From positions 29,574,001-29,638,000 of the forward strand of contig OZ231126.1 in assembly GCA_965153355.1 (NCBI GenBank): DNA of 64,000 bases. Direction: 5' to 3'. Shown here one piece after another: positions 26,099-45,464 of the stretch (positions are counted from its first letter, which is position 1; each line of letters opens with the position of its first letter). This DNA is from Flaccisagitta enflata (lineage: Eukaryota). The notes under the pieces are model-generated. The model was not told where the DNA came from. It saw only the letters and a program-made list of their open reading frames with translations, and ran no database searches. A program made the translations under genes and the position numbers.

Positions 26099-27016
26099 TC
26101 AAATGGACAATGGACAATGGACGTCACTATCTTGAATGTCTAAAACGTCAACTTCCTCCCCTTCTCTCGAAAACGAGCGATGGCGACCGAAAAATGGCAG
26201 CTCGAAAGTGAGGAGTTTAGCGCCGGTGGAAGTAAAGTAAGTGGCGCACCCTCCAGCTTTTGCCAGAATTTTACCTTTTAGTAAATGTTCTTCGGCCATT
26301 TCCCCCCGGCCTTTGGTGATGAGGATTAGACTCGACTCCTGAAGTTGACTACTAGCGATGGCCCTCACTGAGCCTGGATGCGCTAAGTCCGCTATCTCGT
26401 TGCGGTGTCGATCTTTATCGCCGTTTTTAGTCGTGTGCTACGCGACTCTACACCCCGCTTTGTTGGTCCGTCCGTCGGTCTGTACGTCCGTCACACTTTA
26501 CTTTTTTTTTTTTTTTTGCGGTTTTTGGCCTCACTGCTCCTGCCCAAATGATCTGGTGACCTCAATTTCTGCCCCTGCCCACCCGCGCGCGACTGGGGTA
26601 GCCGTGTATCCGTCCTTGTTGCTTTGGCGAAGGAGTTGGAAGAAGCGCGCACCATTTGTATGAGTTTGTGGTCTGAGCTCGTTTGTGCGTCGACAGCTGA
26701 CGAAATTGCCCCACTCGCATGAAGCACACGAGAAGCAAGAAGATTCTCTTCCCAGTAACTGGCCTGGAACGGCGGTCGTGTGAATTTTGTGCAAATGGCA
26801 GAATTTCTCAATCGGCTCCCAATCTGCCAGTGACACTTTGACATCACCGAGGTTAACAACCTCTCCATGGAACCCACTGTAAAAATAACCCTTGTCCTCT
26901 CGCCCGTTGCGCGTCTTTTGCAGGTCAATGAAATTCATGATCTCGAGATGAGCAATTTTGAACACTTTTTTTCCCAGTTCGAATGCTATTTGAACAAATA
27001 TTGTATCGTAAATCAT
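26099..27016 (-). pseudogene. About 240-codon ORF interrupted by a HINE insertion; Cys-rich, possibly the C-terminal part of a DNA transposase
   Basis: ORFs 26531-27016 and 26099-26368 share one frame. Removing the HINE (26426-26620) joins ...LLRQS|NGDKDRH... with no stop. Contains H-x-H...R-x-SCFSCxxCxxGxxxxC. Confidence 0.45.
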
Positions 27017-27734
27017 TGATTTGACGCATATAACACTATCATTAATTGCCGTGATGGCCAGTCAGTCTGTTGGTAGGATGGTCTATGATAATGTGAGTTA
27101 AAGCTTATAAGAGCCCTTTCCCTTATTACGCGACCAACTCGGCCCTGAATGAACCAACACTGTTTGTTTTTATCACCGATAAAAAATATAAAAAGTTTCA
27201 AGTGGCACTTTTACTAATTTGTATAAGCCAGCTAATTATGGTCTGTACAGGAAAACGGTGACCCATTAAGAATGGCTGATTGCGGTTTCTGACCTTTCAA
27301 ACATCATAGATTCATAGAATATCACCGAAAAAAGACAAATTTCACTTTGAATTTTACGACTTTTGCCTCCTTGGCTGCGAGTCTGACCCTGAGATTTACC
27401 AACTACATTTACTATTTCGAAGAAGCACACGAACGACAGTTACGAATATGAGTATTTATCAACTTTGTTTTCTTAGAAATTACAGTAATCACAAGTGTAT
27501 ATAGTTATATGGCAAAAATTGTTGCTTGGCTTCAGTTGGGACACTAAATTTGTCGGATACCAATTGGGGTTTGAAGTCCTTAAAATCTTTACTCTCCTAC
27601 GCCGCTAGGTCATTCGATTCCAAAGGTTGTGTTCTAGTCGCTGTGATTTTGAGACATGGACTAGACATTTAGCCTAAATTTTAGGTATTGTTCTGACTGG
27701 ACCACCACGTAATCTGAGGTGAGATTAAAACCCG

Positions 27735-28025
27735 GGGTACACTCGGGTATGCTTGGGTATGCTCGGGTATTGCTTGGGTATTTGGGTATTGCTCGGGTAT
27801 TGCTCAGGTATTGCTAGGGTATTTCTTGGGTATTGCTTGGGTATGCTTGGGTATGCCCAGGTATTACTTTAGTATTGCTTTGGTATTGCTTGGGTATGCT
27901 CGGGTATTGCTCGGGTATTTGGGTATTGCTCGGGTATTGCTAGGGTATTGCTAGGGTATTCCTTGGGTATTGCTAGGGTATTTCTTGGATATTTCTTGGG
28001 TATGCTCGGGTATTGCTTGGGTATT
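27735..28025. repeat. 10-11 bp minisatellite (GCT(T/C/A)GGGTAT(T))
   Basis: Visible tandem array. Confidence 0.85.
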
Positions 28026-28744
28026 AATCTCACATTTTTCTATTAGAGATTACCAGGCGCGCTCTCAGCCTTAGAAACTTTGAGTTATAGCTCGTCCCCT
28101 AGCTTTGGTAGCGAGCGAAAGTGAACGCGACTGAGGCAAATTAAATTTTTGTCACAAATCGCTCATTTTTAACATTATTCTCATGTATAGAACACGAAAT
28201 GAATGATCTATGTCATATATATGAATAAAAAATCTGATTTCAGTCATTACATATCAATGTAGGTCATGGGGAGGCCAAATACCAGCGTGAAACAGCGATG
28301 TTTGAACTACATCTTTAACATATGCTAAAATATTGAAATATTATTAATTACAAACAAACAGAAATGGTTCTTAATATGCCGTTATGATTTATAAGTTTTT
28401 ATAGGATAAACTATGTAAAATTTATGATCTAACGCCGTTGGCCGCGTCCAAATCGGTTTAGCGGCTCGGCGCGGCTAGCCCCGCAAAAGTTAAAAAAATT
28501 TAATCGAACAAAAATCCTCCCGGTGGTGGCTTATTTTAGCGGCGCACAATTACGATCGTATCAAAAGCTGTTCAGAAGATTTTTTTCCTTTCTGAGCTTT
28601 TCTTATAGAAGACTTATAGTAAGTATATAGTGCAGCATATCATTCGAATCGTCTTTACATGGAGAACATGAAACCGGTCATGATTTTTTTTTCTCTGTAA
28701 CTCGTAGCAACCACCAGACAAAAACAGATTTAATGAGGTCCATT

Positions 28745-29122
28745 GATATGATATGATATGATATGATGTTGTAGATCTCCTAGGTCAGCCGTTGCCGACA
28801 TTGCGGAGACGTTGGCGCATCTTTAACAGGACGATTTTGGTCAATTAGTTCCGGGATCAGTATTCTCCACGCTCGTTGTCTTATCGTCCGTATTCATAGT
28901 TTTTTTTTCCTTCCATCGATCGTAAGCCGATTTGAATCCATTTATGGATGTGCTGCTCTTGACCTATGCCGGATCAACCTATAGGCTAAAAAAGCTATAG
29001 CTTAGGGCCCCGCGCCTCAGGGGGGCCCCGCGCCTCCAGCACCCACCCCTGTAAAAAAAAAGGCAAAAAAGAAAAGGAGGAAAGAAAAAAGAGAAAGAAA
29101 GAAAGAAAGAAAGAAAGAAAAA

Positions 29123-29170
<48 letters not shown>

Positions 29171-31011
29171 AAAAGAAAGAAAAAGAAAGAAAAAGAGAGA
29201 AAGAAAAAGAAAGAAAGAAAGAATGAATAAATGAATGAATGAATGAATGAATGAATGAATGAATGAATGAATGAATGAAAGAAAGAAAGAAAGAAAGAAA
29301 GATCAAACTAGTCATCCAAGGATCGCACATGGTCAGCGGTACCCGATGCCCTGCTTGGAGTGATTAGCTGAAGAAGCTGAGTGGGAGCAGGGCAGCGGCC
29401 CCAAAGGGCCGATGTCCTGTAAGACACAGGGGTGAATTTCCAGACGTCCTAAGAAAGCACATTTAAGGACTGAGTTGATTGATTGGAGAACAGGGATGAG
29501 GGCAGATTTGAACCTGAGAAGGTCATTTCGAGGGCTGAATTGAGACAGATTTTAGGTTTGAGAGGTCTGATTTCAGGCCTGAAATGGTTGATTTGGGGCC
29601 CGACAAGGCTGATTTAGTGCCTCAGTGGGCTGATTTTGGGCTTGAGTGAGCTAATTTAGGATATAGATGGTCCGATTTTAGGCCTGAGAGGGGTGATTTT
29701 GAGTCTGAGAGGGCAGACTTGAGGCCTGAGAGCGCTAATTTGGGGTCTGAGAGGGCTGATTTAGGGCCTGAGAGGGGCCTCAGGGGGGGGGACGGACGGA
29801 CGTACGGACGGACGTCTGGAAATTCACCCCTGTGTCCTACAGGACATCGGCCCTTTGGGGCCGCTGCCCAAAAAGTCAAGAATGTAAGTATTACATATTT
29901 TTGAAGCAGAATGAACTCCAATCTACTTTCCCAAACATTGAAATAGCGCTTTGCATCTACCTTTTCATGATGATTACCAATTGCAGTGGTGAATGATCTT
30001 TCTCTAAACTAAAACGCATAAAAAATGAATAACGCACATCTATCAGCCAACATTGTTTGAACAATCTTACTCTTTTGTCTATCGAGCATGAACTTTTACG
30101 AAAAATTTATGTTGATGACATAATTGCAAAATTTGCAGCAAAAAAAGCCAGGAATGTTTGCTTTCAATTTTTCCACGGTGATATGCTTAACTGTAATGGA
30201 AATGTCATATTTTGTTGTTTTATTTATTTTAAGTTCTTTAAATATGTCACTTTAAAGCAGACAGGAAGTTACGCATGCTAGATAAAATTTCAATCAACTG
30301 GTTTTGAGTAAACAGGGGGGGGGGGCAAAGAGGGGGGGGGTTAGGGGGCCCCGCGCCCCTAGCCTAGCTTAGGGCCCCGCGCCTTGTTGATCCGGCTTAG
30401 CTCTTGACATTTTCCGGGAGTTCATTCCATCCTTTAGCAGCCCGAATGGAAAATGAATTCCGCCGAATTTCGAGTCGCGCTCTCTCGACCACCAGCACCG
30501 ATTCCTTCTTCACCAATTTTCCCTCGTCGTCAACCGTTGCCGTCGCTCTTGTAGGTCTGGCGTCATCAGGAACAGTCTGAAACCATTTTTCCCGTTCCAC
30601 TTTGCTGAATCCCTTCAGCACTTTAAAGGTTTGAATAGCGTCTCCTCTTTCTCTCCTCTCTTTAAGCGAAGTCAGTCCTGCGTCCTTTAATTTTTCTTCG
30701 TAAGTGCTTCCGCGAACGTCAGACAGCATTTTTATGAGACGTTCTTGAATTTTTTCTAAGCACTTAATATCCGCTTCTAGCCAGGGACTCCATGCTGAGA
30801 CCGCGTGCTCCAGGCGAGGTCTTACAAATGTTTTGCAGAGAGGAACTAGATGAGCCTTCTTCCTGTAATGAAATGATCTCTGCAGTTGACCGAGTGCAAA
30901 GTTTGCTGCTTTTGCCGCTGCCGCACATTGCTTGGTTGGTTTTAGACTGTCTTCGATATAGACACCAAGATCTTTTTCCTCTTTGACAGCTTCTATCTCC
31001 TGACCATTCAA
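28745..31011 (-). mobile_element. 5'-truncated CR1-like LINE (ORF2 C-terminus, 3' UTR, (ATATC)n tail) split by a hAT insertion
   Basis: ORF 30397-31011 has EKDLGV, FVRPRLE..VSAWSP, LEKIQ, RRERGD and FSIRAAKGWNELP. The frame continues left of the hAT as VKSSTSINGFKSAYDRWKE. Pentamer tail at 28745-28768. Confidence 0.88.
28964..30400 (+). mobile_element. Defective hAT transposon with a remnant of the C-terminal dimerisation domain (about 29925-30155)
   Basis: TIR CTATGCCGGATCAAC / GTTGATCCGGCTTAG with 8-bp TSD CTCTTGAC. Remnant reads TFPNIEIALCIYLFMMITNCSGE*SFSKLKRIKNE*RTSISQHCLNNLTLLSIEHELL...FAAKKAR. Confidence 0.88.
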
Positions 31012-31276
31012 GAAATATTTGTACTTTGTCTTGATTAAAAGTTTAGATCTTTAGAAGAAAGAGACGGAAAGAAAGAAAGAAAGAAAGAATGAAAGCATGA
31101 ATGAAAGAATGAAAGAATGAATGAAAGAATGAAAGAAAGAAAGAAAAAAAGAAAAAAGCAGGCAGGCTGAGGAAACACGTCAAAAAAAGCCAAAAAGTAA
31201 AAAAATGAAAGGAAAGAAAGGAAAGAAAGGAAAGAAAGGAGAGAAAGGAAAGAAAGGAAAGAAAGGAAAGAAAGGA

Positions 31277-31332
<56 letters not shown>

Positions 31333-32204
31333 AAAGCAAATAGGGAAGAAAGAAAGGAAAAAAGGGAAGAAAGAAAGGTAAATAGTCGCAAAAGCGTTAG
31401 ATGGTCAGCGGTACCCGTTGCCCCTATGTGAGTGTCTGTGTGTGTGAGGTGGTTAGAGGGGCAGCGGCCCCGAAGGGGCCGATGACCTATGCTGGTTTTA
31501 TTTGAAATTCAAGGCTGGAATTAGGGCCTGAAGGCTGGGATATGAGCCTCGAGGCTAGGATTTGAGCCTTGGGGCTGGTAATTGAGCCTCATGGCTGGTA
31601 TTTTAGCCAAAAGGCTGGGATTTGAGCCTCGAGGCTGGGATTTGAGCCTCGAGACTGGGATTTGAGCCTTGAGGCTGGGATTTGAGCTTTGAAGCTGGGA
31701 TTTGAGCCTTCAGGCTGATATTTGAGCCTTGAGGCTGGGATTTGAGCCCTGAGGCTAGGATTTGGGCCTCGAGGCTAGGATTTAGGCCTCAAGGCTAGGA
31801 TTTGGGCCTTGAGACTAGGATTAGGGCCTCCAGAGTAGGATTTGGGCCTCCAGATTGGGTTTTGGGCCTCCAATCTAGGAATAGGGCCTCTAGCCTTTAG
31901 ACTAGGATATGGGCCTCGAGGGGGGGGGGACGGAGGAGAAGAAGGAGAAGAAGAAGAAGGAGAAATTTCCCCATGTGTGAAAGATAGGTCGGCCCCGTCG
32001 GGGCCGCTGCCCAAAAGGGAAGAAAGAAAGGAAAGAATAGAAAAAAAGATGGGAAAAAAGGAAAGAAAGGAGGGATAAAAGAAGGAAAGAAAGAAGGGAT
32101 AAAAGAAGGAAAGAAAGAAAATGATAGAATGAAAAGGAAACAAGCCGGATACACGGGCCAGGACAGTGCGCCGGGCGTAATTAATTCTTTGATCTATCCC
32201 TAGT

Positions 32205-32515
32205 TCCATCAGACCTATCCGTAGCTCAATCAGACCTATCCCTAGCTCTATCAGACAAATCCCGAGCTCTATCAGGCCTATCCCGAGCTTTATCAGGCCT
32301 ATCCCAAGTGCTATCAGACCTATCCCGAGCTCTATCAGTCCTATCCCGAGCTATAAAGCCTATCCCAAGCTCTATCAGACCTATCACCAGCTCTATCAGA
32401 CCTATCCCCAGCTCTATCAGACCTATCCCCAGCTCTATCAGACCTATCCCCAGACCTATCCAACCTATCACCAGACCTATCCGACCTATCCCCGGCTCTA
32501 TCAGACCTAACCATA
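32205..32515. repeat. 21-bp minisatellite (CTATCAGACCTATCCCNAGCT) inside a HINE-like element
   Basis: Visible tandem array preceded by AACAAGCCGGATACACGG. Confidence 0.85.
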
Positions 32516-33253
32516 GCTGATTATTTTAGTGAATGGAATGACGAGTATCATCAATGATAAACGAAATGAGCTTTACATTGATTTCAAACATTTTTTTTTT
32601 TCATTTGAGCGTGACTGAAAGATAAACGGATGGACAGAGCCCTTATAGAGGTGCTATGGCGCATCAAAAAGTCATCCTAGCATGTTTCTTAATCATTTCC
32701 AGTGATTTTTGCTCTTTTCGAGATTTTCAACTCAAGCGTGACCAACCAACCGACCAAGCGACCAACAGAGAGAGCCTCTTAGAGTTATAGAGTTGCTATG
32801 GCGAACCTAAAAAGAACAAGGCCGGATACACGGCTACCCCAGTTGCGTGCGGGTGGGCAGGGGCTGTATTTAAGGTTACTTGATCATTTGTGCAGGAGCA
32901 GTGAGGCTATAGACCGCAAAAAAAAACAAAAAAAAATGAAGTGTGACGGACCAAAGGACCGACGGATCGATGGACCGACAAAGCGGGGTGTTGAGTCGCG
33001 CAGCACGCGACTAAAAACAAGGCCGGATACACGGCAATCCAGTCGCGGACGGTTGGGCAGGAGCAGTAATGCAAAAACCGCTCGGAATTCAAAAATGTGA
33101 CGGACGGACGGACGGACGGACGGACGGACCTACCGACCTACCGACCGACACGGCAAGGTGTAGAGTCGCGTGTCCGCGACTAAAAACAGGATCATGAATT
33201 CAAAACCGGAGTTCAGGAAGAAACGCCGTTCTCTCTCTCTCTTTCTTTTTCTT

Positions 33254-33317
<64 letters not shown>

Positions 33318-33590
33318 TTCGTGAGTTGGCTTCAAAGACCGCCGCAGACAATCTCAGCGTCAAGAAAGAAATTTCGTCAGACCTGTCAGTTTAATAAAAC
33401 ACATATTGAAATTACAATTATGAGTTCTTTTATTAGTCGCGGACACGCGACTACACCTTGCTGTGTCAGTTGGTAGGTAGGTCGGTCCGTTGGTCGGTCC
33501 ACAATATTTCTAAAATTGTGAGCAGTTTTTGCATCACTGCTCCCGCCCTACCATCCGCGACTGGATTGCCGTGTATCTGGCCTTGCTTCC

Positions 33591-33700
<110 letters not shown>

Positions 33701-34633
33701 GATTGAGAGACAAAGACAGACAAACAGACAGACAGACAGACACAGTCAGACAAATCAAAGCTGGGTGAAGTACAAATTTATTTGAATTTGCTCACAAATA
33801 CGTGTCATTTTCTTTATCTCTTTTGACCAGTTTGTAGCCTGTGACGGACCTGTAAGGCCATCAAAAATAATTCAGTGCATATTTTTGTTTCTTTCAATGA
33901 GGTTTGGCAAGGGGATATATACATAGGGAAAAAAAGAATCAAAACCAGAAGCTTTTTTTTCAAAAGTGCCAATTTTGGTTGTTTTTTTAACACTCAAAGA
34001 TCATTTTTTACTCAAAAAAACCTGACCAGGCTGCCAGATGAGGACCCAGCACAGCTCTTGGAACCAGACTAGGTAGGAAAAAGATGGAAAAATGCTTTGA
34101 AGACGAAACTATAAGGTAAAAAGATAAAATTTTTGAAATTGTCATTTTTTTTCTCCTTTTCCCAACTTTGAGTGGCCATTACTTTTGAACGGCTGGGCCG
34201 ATTTAATCGCGCAAAAAAGGATAAGATACCCCTTAAAAAACTCTACATTTTGGTCACCAATTTTTTAAAATTCCATCAAAAAACGATGGAGTTATGATTT
34301 TTTGAATGAAATAGATTTACTGACAAAAAATTTCTTGTAGATCAGGGATGAATTCGGGGCCGTTTGCGCCTCTCGATGATCAGTATTTGGGCTAAAATCA
34401 AGGTTAATATTCTTATTAAATGTATACAAGCACCTTTAGACAAAAGTAAGACATATTTGACAATATCAAAATTTTCATTTCCCCTGGCTAGCTTTGGGTT
34501 ATCGGGTACCGCTCGCCATGACTATTTACAATGTAATTTAGTTATAGTTGGTTATATATTGATTCTTGACAACATGCACGTAAAAGACTGTAAAAAGTTC
34601 CACAAAATGATGCTCGAGTCATATGTTCTGTTT

Positions 34634-40462
<5,829 letters not shown>

Positions 40463-41900
40463 TTTATGTATTACTATTATTTAGACGAAATCACATGGGA
40501 AATGAACACTGACTGCGCGCACGGAAGTCTGACTGACAAACGGACCGACTGTTCAGACAAATTAAGGTTTCGTTTTTAGGCGCGTGCTAAGCTACGGGAC
40601 ACTACATCCCGCTATGTCGGTCGCGTCGGTCGGTCGGTCGGTTGGTCCCCTTTTTGGGCAGCGGCCCCGGAGGGGTCGATGACCTATGCTTTCACACATA
40701 TGGGGAATTTTTCCTCCTTCTCCTCTTCCGTCTGTTCCCCCCCCCGACTCAAATTCTAGCCTTGAGACCCAAATTCCAGCCTTAAGGCCCAAATTCCAGG
40801 CTTGAGGCCCAGATCCCAGCTTTGAGGCCCAAATCCCATCCTCTAGGCCCAAATCCCATCCTCTAGGCCCATATCCTATCCTTTAAGCCCAAATCCTATT
40901 TTTGAGGCCCAAATTCCATCCTGGCGGCCCAAATCCTATCCCCAAGGCCCAGATCCTATCCTCAAGGCCCAAATCCTATCCTTGAGGCCCAATTCCTATC
41001 CTTGAGGCACAAGTCCCATCCTCGAAGCCCAAGTCTCAGCCTTCAGGCCCAAATCCCAGCCTCCAGGCCCAAATCCCAGCCTCTAGGCTCAAATCCCAGG
41101 CTCGAGACCTAAATCCCAGCCTCGAGACCCAAATACCAGCCTCAAGGCCCAAATTTCAGATAGAGGAGGAGGAGGAGAAGGAGGAGAAAATTCCACATAT
41201 GTGTGAAAGCATAGGTCATCGACCCCTTTGGGGCCGCTGCCCTGCTCCCTCTCTCAACTTCAAGCACAACCTACTTCGGCAGGGCACGGGTACCGCTGAC
41301 CATCTAACGCTTTTGCGACTATTACTTTTTCGGCGTTTTTGAGCTTTTTGAGCCTACTTCTCCTGCCCAAATGCTCTGGTGACCTTCTCCAGCACTGCTC
41401 CTGCCCACGCGAACGCGACTGGGGTAGCCGTGTATCCGGCCTTATTTTACTTTAAATGGTGAGCTGATATATTTTATTCAGAATCAGATTCGTCTACACG
41501 TACAGTTTGAAATTATCATTTGGAGGAAATTTTATAGTCAAGTTTAGATAGTCAATATATTTGACGCATTTATTTCAGTGTTTAATTTTAGGAAGAATTG
41601 GAAGAAATGATAAGTGTAGGAATATTAAGACATCTACCAAAGAATCAAATACAAATCAGGAACAGAAAGGTAAGTTCAAGGGACAAACGCCCTCAAAGAT
41701 TGCGGTACCGATCAATGAAAGCCTTTTAAATTATTTACATAAAAAAATATCGTTATCAGCAGTCTGACACATTTTGATGTGGTAGACTCACGTAGAGAAG
41801 CTTACTCACCTTGCCTTGGTGGGGAAGGTGGTATAATATCAATAATCAACGAACAAACATGTATGTAAATAAGGCAAAGAAAGGTAAAGGGTTTGAGAAA

Positions 41901-42046
<146 letters not shown>

Positions 42047-42634
42047 CGGTCGCGAAAAGATGGGCGAAACGGATATGCCCATTTTCAGAATTTGAATCGT
42101 CGAATCGCTAGTTGGACGGACCGACGGACCGACGGACAACTTCACGGATTAATGATCGGACATGCTTCCTAAACTAAAGAGACGCTGGTTTCTCGAGTGG
42201 AGCAATGGCTGTTTAGTCATTGGACACGGTCGGTGAAGCAAAGAACTACCCACCATCACTCAACGCCAATGGAAGCAAGAGTTCGACCAACGGACCGACA
42301 AACGGACGGACCGATAGACCAACAAAGCAACACACTGAGTCGCGTGTATTCGTCCAAAAAAAGAAATGCCAGCAAAAGTTCTTGTTCAGGCATTACATAA
42401 GATATTTTCAGATTGGTGTGTTTGCACATGCTCAAATAGTTGTTTGAACAAACTCATTTTTGCAAGATAACGGATGCTTGAGTATGGCACAGACTTCCAA
42501 GGCACTCTCAGCACTACATGACCAGGTGTTTATATTTTGAAGAAGTGGGAAGCGCCGCTTCTCGGAAGGGGAAGATATATGTCAGAAGATTGCGAGGAGG
42601 AAGGAGAAAAAAAAGAGGGAAAGAAAGAAAGAAA

Positions 42635-44485
42635 AAATCTTGAAAGAGTATGGGTCCGCGACTGGGGTCAATCAGCGTTGTCAATCAGCGTTGTCAATCA
42701 GCGTTGTCAAACGGCGTTGTCAAACGGCGTTGTCAAACGGCGTTGTCAAACGGCGTTGTCAAACGGCGTTGTCAAACGGCGTTGTCAAACGGCGTTGTCA
42801 AACGGCGTTGTCAAACGGCGTTGTCAAACGGCGTTGTCAAACGGCGTTGTCAAACGGCGTTGTCAAACGGCGTTGTCATGCGGCGTTGTCATGCGGCGTT
42901 GTCATGCGGCGTTGTCATGCGGCGTTGTCATGCGGCGTTGTCATGCGGCGTTGTCATGCGGCGTTGTCATACGGCGTTGTCATACGGCGTTGTCATACGG
43001 CGTTGTCAAACGGCGTTGTCAAACGGCGTTGTCAAACGGCGTTGTCAAACGGCGTTGTCAAACGGCGTTGTCAAACGGCGTTGTCAAACGGCGTTGTCAA
43101 ACGGCGTTGTCAAACGGCGTTGTCAAACGGCGTTGTCAAACGGCGTTGTCAAACGGCGTTGTCAAACGGCGTTGTCAAACGGCGTTGTCAAACGGCGTTG
43201 TCAAACGGCGTTGTCAAACGGCGTTGTCAAACGGCGTTGTCAAACGGCGTTGTCAAACGGCGTTGTCAAACGGCGTTGTCAAACGGCATTGTCAAATGGC
43301 ATTGTCAAATGGCATTGTCAAATGGCATTGTCAAACGTCATTGTCAAACGGCATTGTCAAACGGCATTGTCAAACGTCATTGTCAAACAGCATTGTCAAA
43401 CGGCATTGGCATAAGTTTTGCACATTTATCATTTTAAGGGTGGTAAGCTGGCTGGCTGGTAGGCCAGTTAGCATGCTAAAATCTTTATAAATCAAATTCA
43501 TATGTTGAGTCCTTCCATTTAGGGACTACATACCCAGTTTTAACCAAATCGATCGAAAAATGCCGAAGTTCTGCACGTTTTTCACTTTTAGGCAGGTAGG
43601 CTAGTTGGGTGGTAGGCTGGTTTGGCTGGTTAGCATGCTAAAATCTTTACAATTCAAATACATATGTTGAGTCCTTCCATTTAGAGACTTCATACCAAGT
43701 TTCAACCAAATCGGTTGAAAAATGCCAAAGTTATGCACATTTTTCACTTTTAGGCTGGTAGGCTAGTTGGGTGGTAGGCTGGTTTGGCCGGTGAGCATGC
43801 TAAAATCTATACAATTCAAATACATATGTTGAGTTCTTCCCTTTAGAGACTACATACCAAGTTTCAACCAAATCGGCTGAAAAATGCCGAAGATATGCAT
43901 GTTTTTAACTTTTAGGCTGGTAGGCTAGTTGGTGGTAGGCCGGAGGTCGGTTAGCACGCTAAAACCTTTACAATTCAAACACATATGTTGAGTTCTTTCA
44001 TTTAGAGACTACATACTGCTTTCAAACAAATTGGTTGAAAAATGACGAAGTTGTGCACGTTTTTCGCTTTTAGGCTGGTAGGCTGGTTGGGTGGCAGGCC
44101 GGTTTGGCCGGTTAACATTCTAAAATCTGTACAGATCAAATACATATGTTGAGTCCTTCCATTTAGAAACTACATACCAAGTTTCAACCAAATCGGTTGA
44201 AGAATGCCGAAGTTATGCACGTTTTTCACTTTTAGGCTGGTAGGCTGGTTTGGCCGGTTGGGTGAGTCGGATCATAACATACGCATAGGATGTAAAGCGG
44301 CTTACCCTAGTACAACTTCCCTCCAAATATGAAGCAAATCGGTCAAGGCGTTCAAAAGTTAGCCCATTTTTAAAAGTGTGGACGACGACGACAACAACGA
44401 CGACGACAACGACGACGACAACGACGACACCCACCCGCCTCGAATTATAGTCCGCGTCGGAATGGTATTCCGTCGCGGACAAAAA
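42635..44485 (-). mobile_element. HINE-like element with a 13-bp array (42667-43410) and five roughly 162-bp tandem units (43420-44260); mirrored at about 62183-63985
   Basis: Terminal hairpin GTCCGCGTCGGAAT-GGT-ATTCCGTCGCGGAC next to an A run, matching sub-terminal GTCCGCGAC near 42654. GTTGAGT recurs at 43504, 43666, 43828, 43987 and 44148. Confidence 0.65.
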
Positions 44486-44712
44486 ACAAGGCCGGATACA
44501 CGGCTACCAAAGTCGCGTGCGGGTGGGCAGGGGCCATAATTGAGGTCACCAGACCATTTGGGCAGGAGCAGTGAGGTCAAAAAAATAAAATCATAAAAAA
44601 AAGTAAAGTGTGACGGACCAACCGACAGACGGACAGACCGACCGACGGACAAAGCGGGTTGTAGAGTCGCGTGCGCGCGACTTAAAAAGTAAGGAAAGAA
44701 AATAAGAAAGAG

Positions 44713-44771
<59 letters not shown>

Positions 44772-44800
44772 GAGAAAGAATGAAAAAGAGAGAGAAAAAG

Positions 44801-44871
<71 letters not shown>

Positions 44872-44883
44872 AAAAAAGAAAAA

Positions 44884-44915
<32 letters not shown>

Positions 44916-45464
44916 ATGAATTAAAGAATGAAAGGAAGGAAGAAAGAAAGAAAGATGGCGAGAAGGAAAAAAGGAAGGAAGAAATGAAAGAAAGAAGAAA
45001 TGCTAGATTCAATTCTTGTTAGATAACAAAATAAAGCGGCATTTTGTCAGGTATAAAAAAAAATTGATTATTAGTTGGTTCACATTGATTTTTCAAAAGC
45101 TTTACACAAATAGAGCTATATCATGGCCAATACAAGTTGAGACTTTTGATTTATGCACGCTATTTAGCGTAAAGATTGTTAGGAGAGCAATGACAAAGTG
45201 GGTCGGAAACTTTAGAGGGAAATTTTTTGCCTCTCGGAAGGTTTACAAAATATGAACGCCTGCTACATGTATAAGCCTAAAATGGATCGCCTCATCAGCG
45301 AACAGGGAGATAATTGTCTTTCCATAGGTTCCATAGATTCGATCAGATCTGTTAACAATAAGACTGAATACATTGAAATTCAAAATGTGCTCATGGCACC
45401 ATGCGCAGAGGATGATTAGCTTGGGAAACTCTCTCTCTCTCTCTCTCTCTCTCCTATTAAAGGG

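Larger units (their letters stand above)
22982..27607. mobile_element. 4.6-kb hAT-type element with nested insertions and a cargo ORF
   Basis: TIR CAGCGGCGTAGGAG / CTCCTACGCCGCTA. Perfect 8-bp TSD GGTCATTC at 22974-22981 and 27608-27615. Shared sub-terminal motifs (GGGACACT, GAAGTCC) at both ends. Confidence 0.8.

Noticed and set aside
27735-28025. Interstitial telomere-like repeats
   Set aside because: The unit is a 10-11 bp GCTTGGGTATT variant, not TTAGGG or TTAGG.
42537-43490. 317/265/254-aa ORFs (and mirrors at 63182-63976) with repeated TALSNGVVKRRCQ
   Set aside because: All three frames are open only because the 13-bp unit has no stop codon, and the array lies inside a transposon-like element.
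43420-44260. CRISPR-like regularly spaced repeats
   Set aside because: Whole units of about 162 bp are repeated with no unique spacers, there are no cas genes, and the context is eukaryotic.
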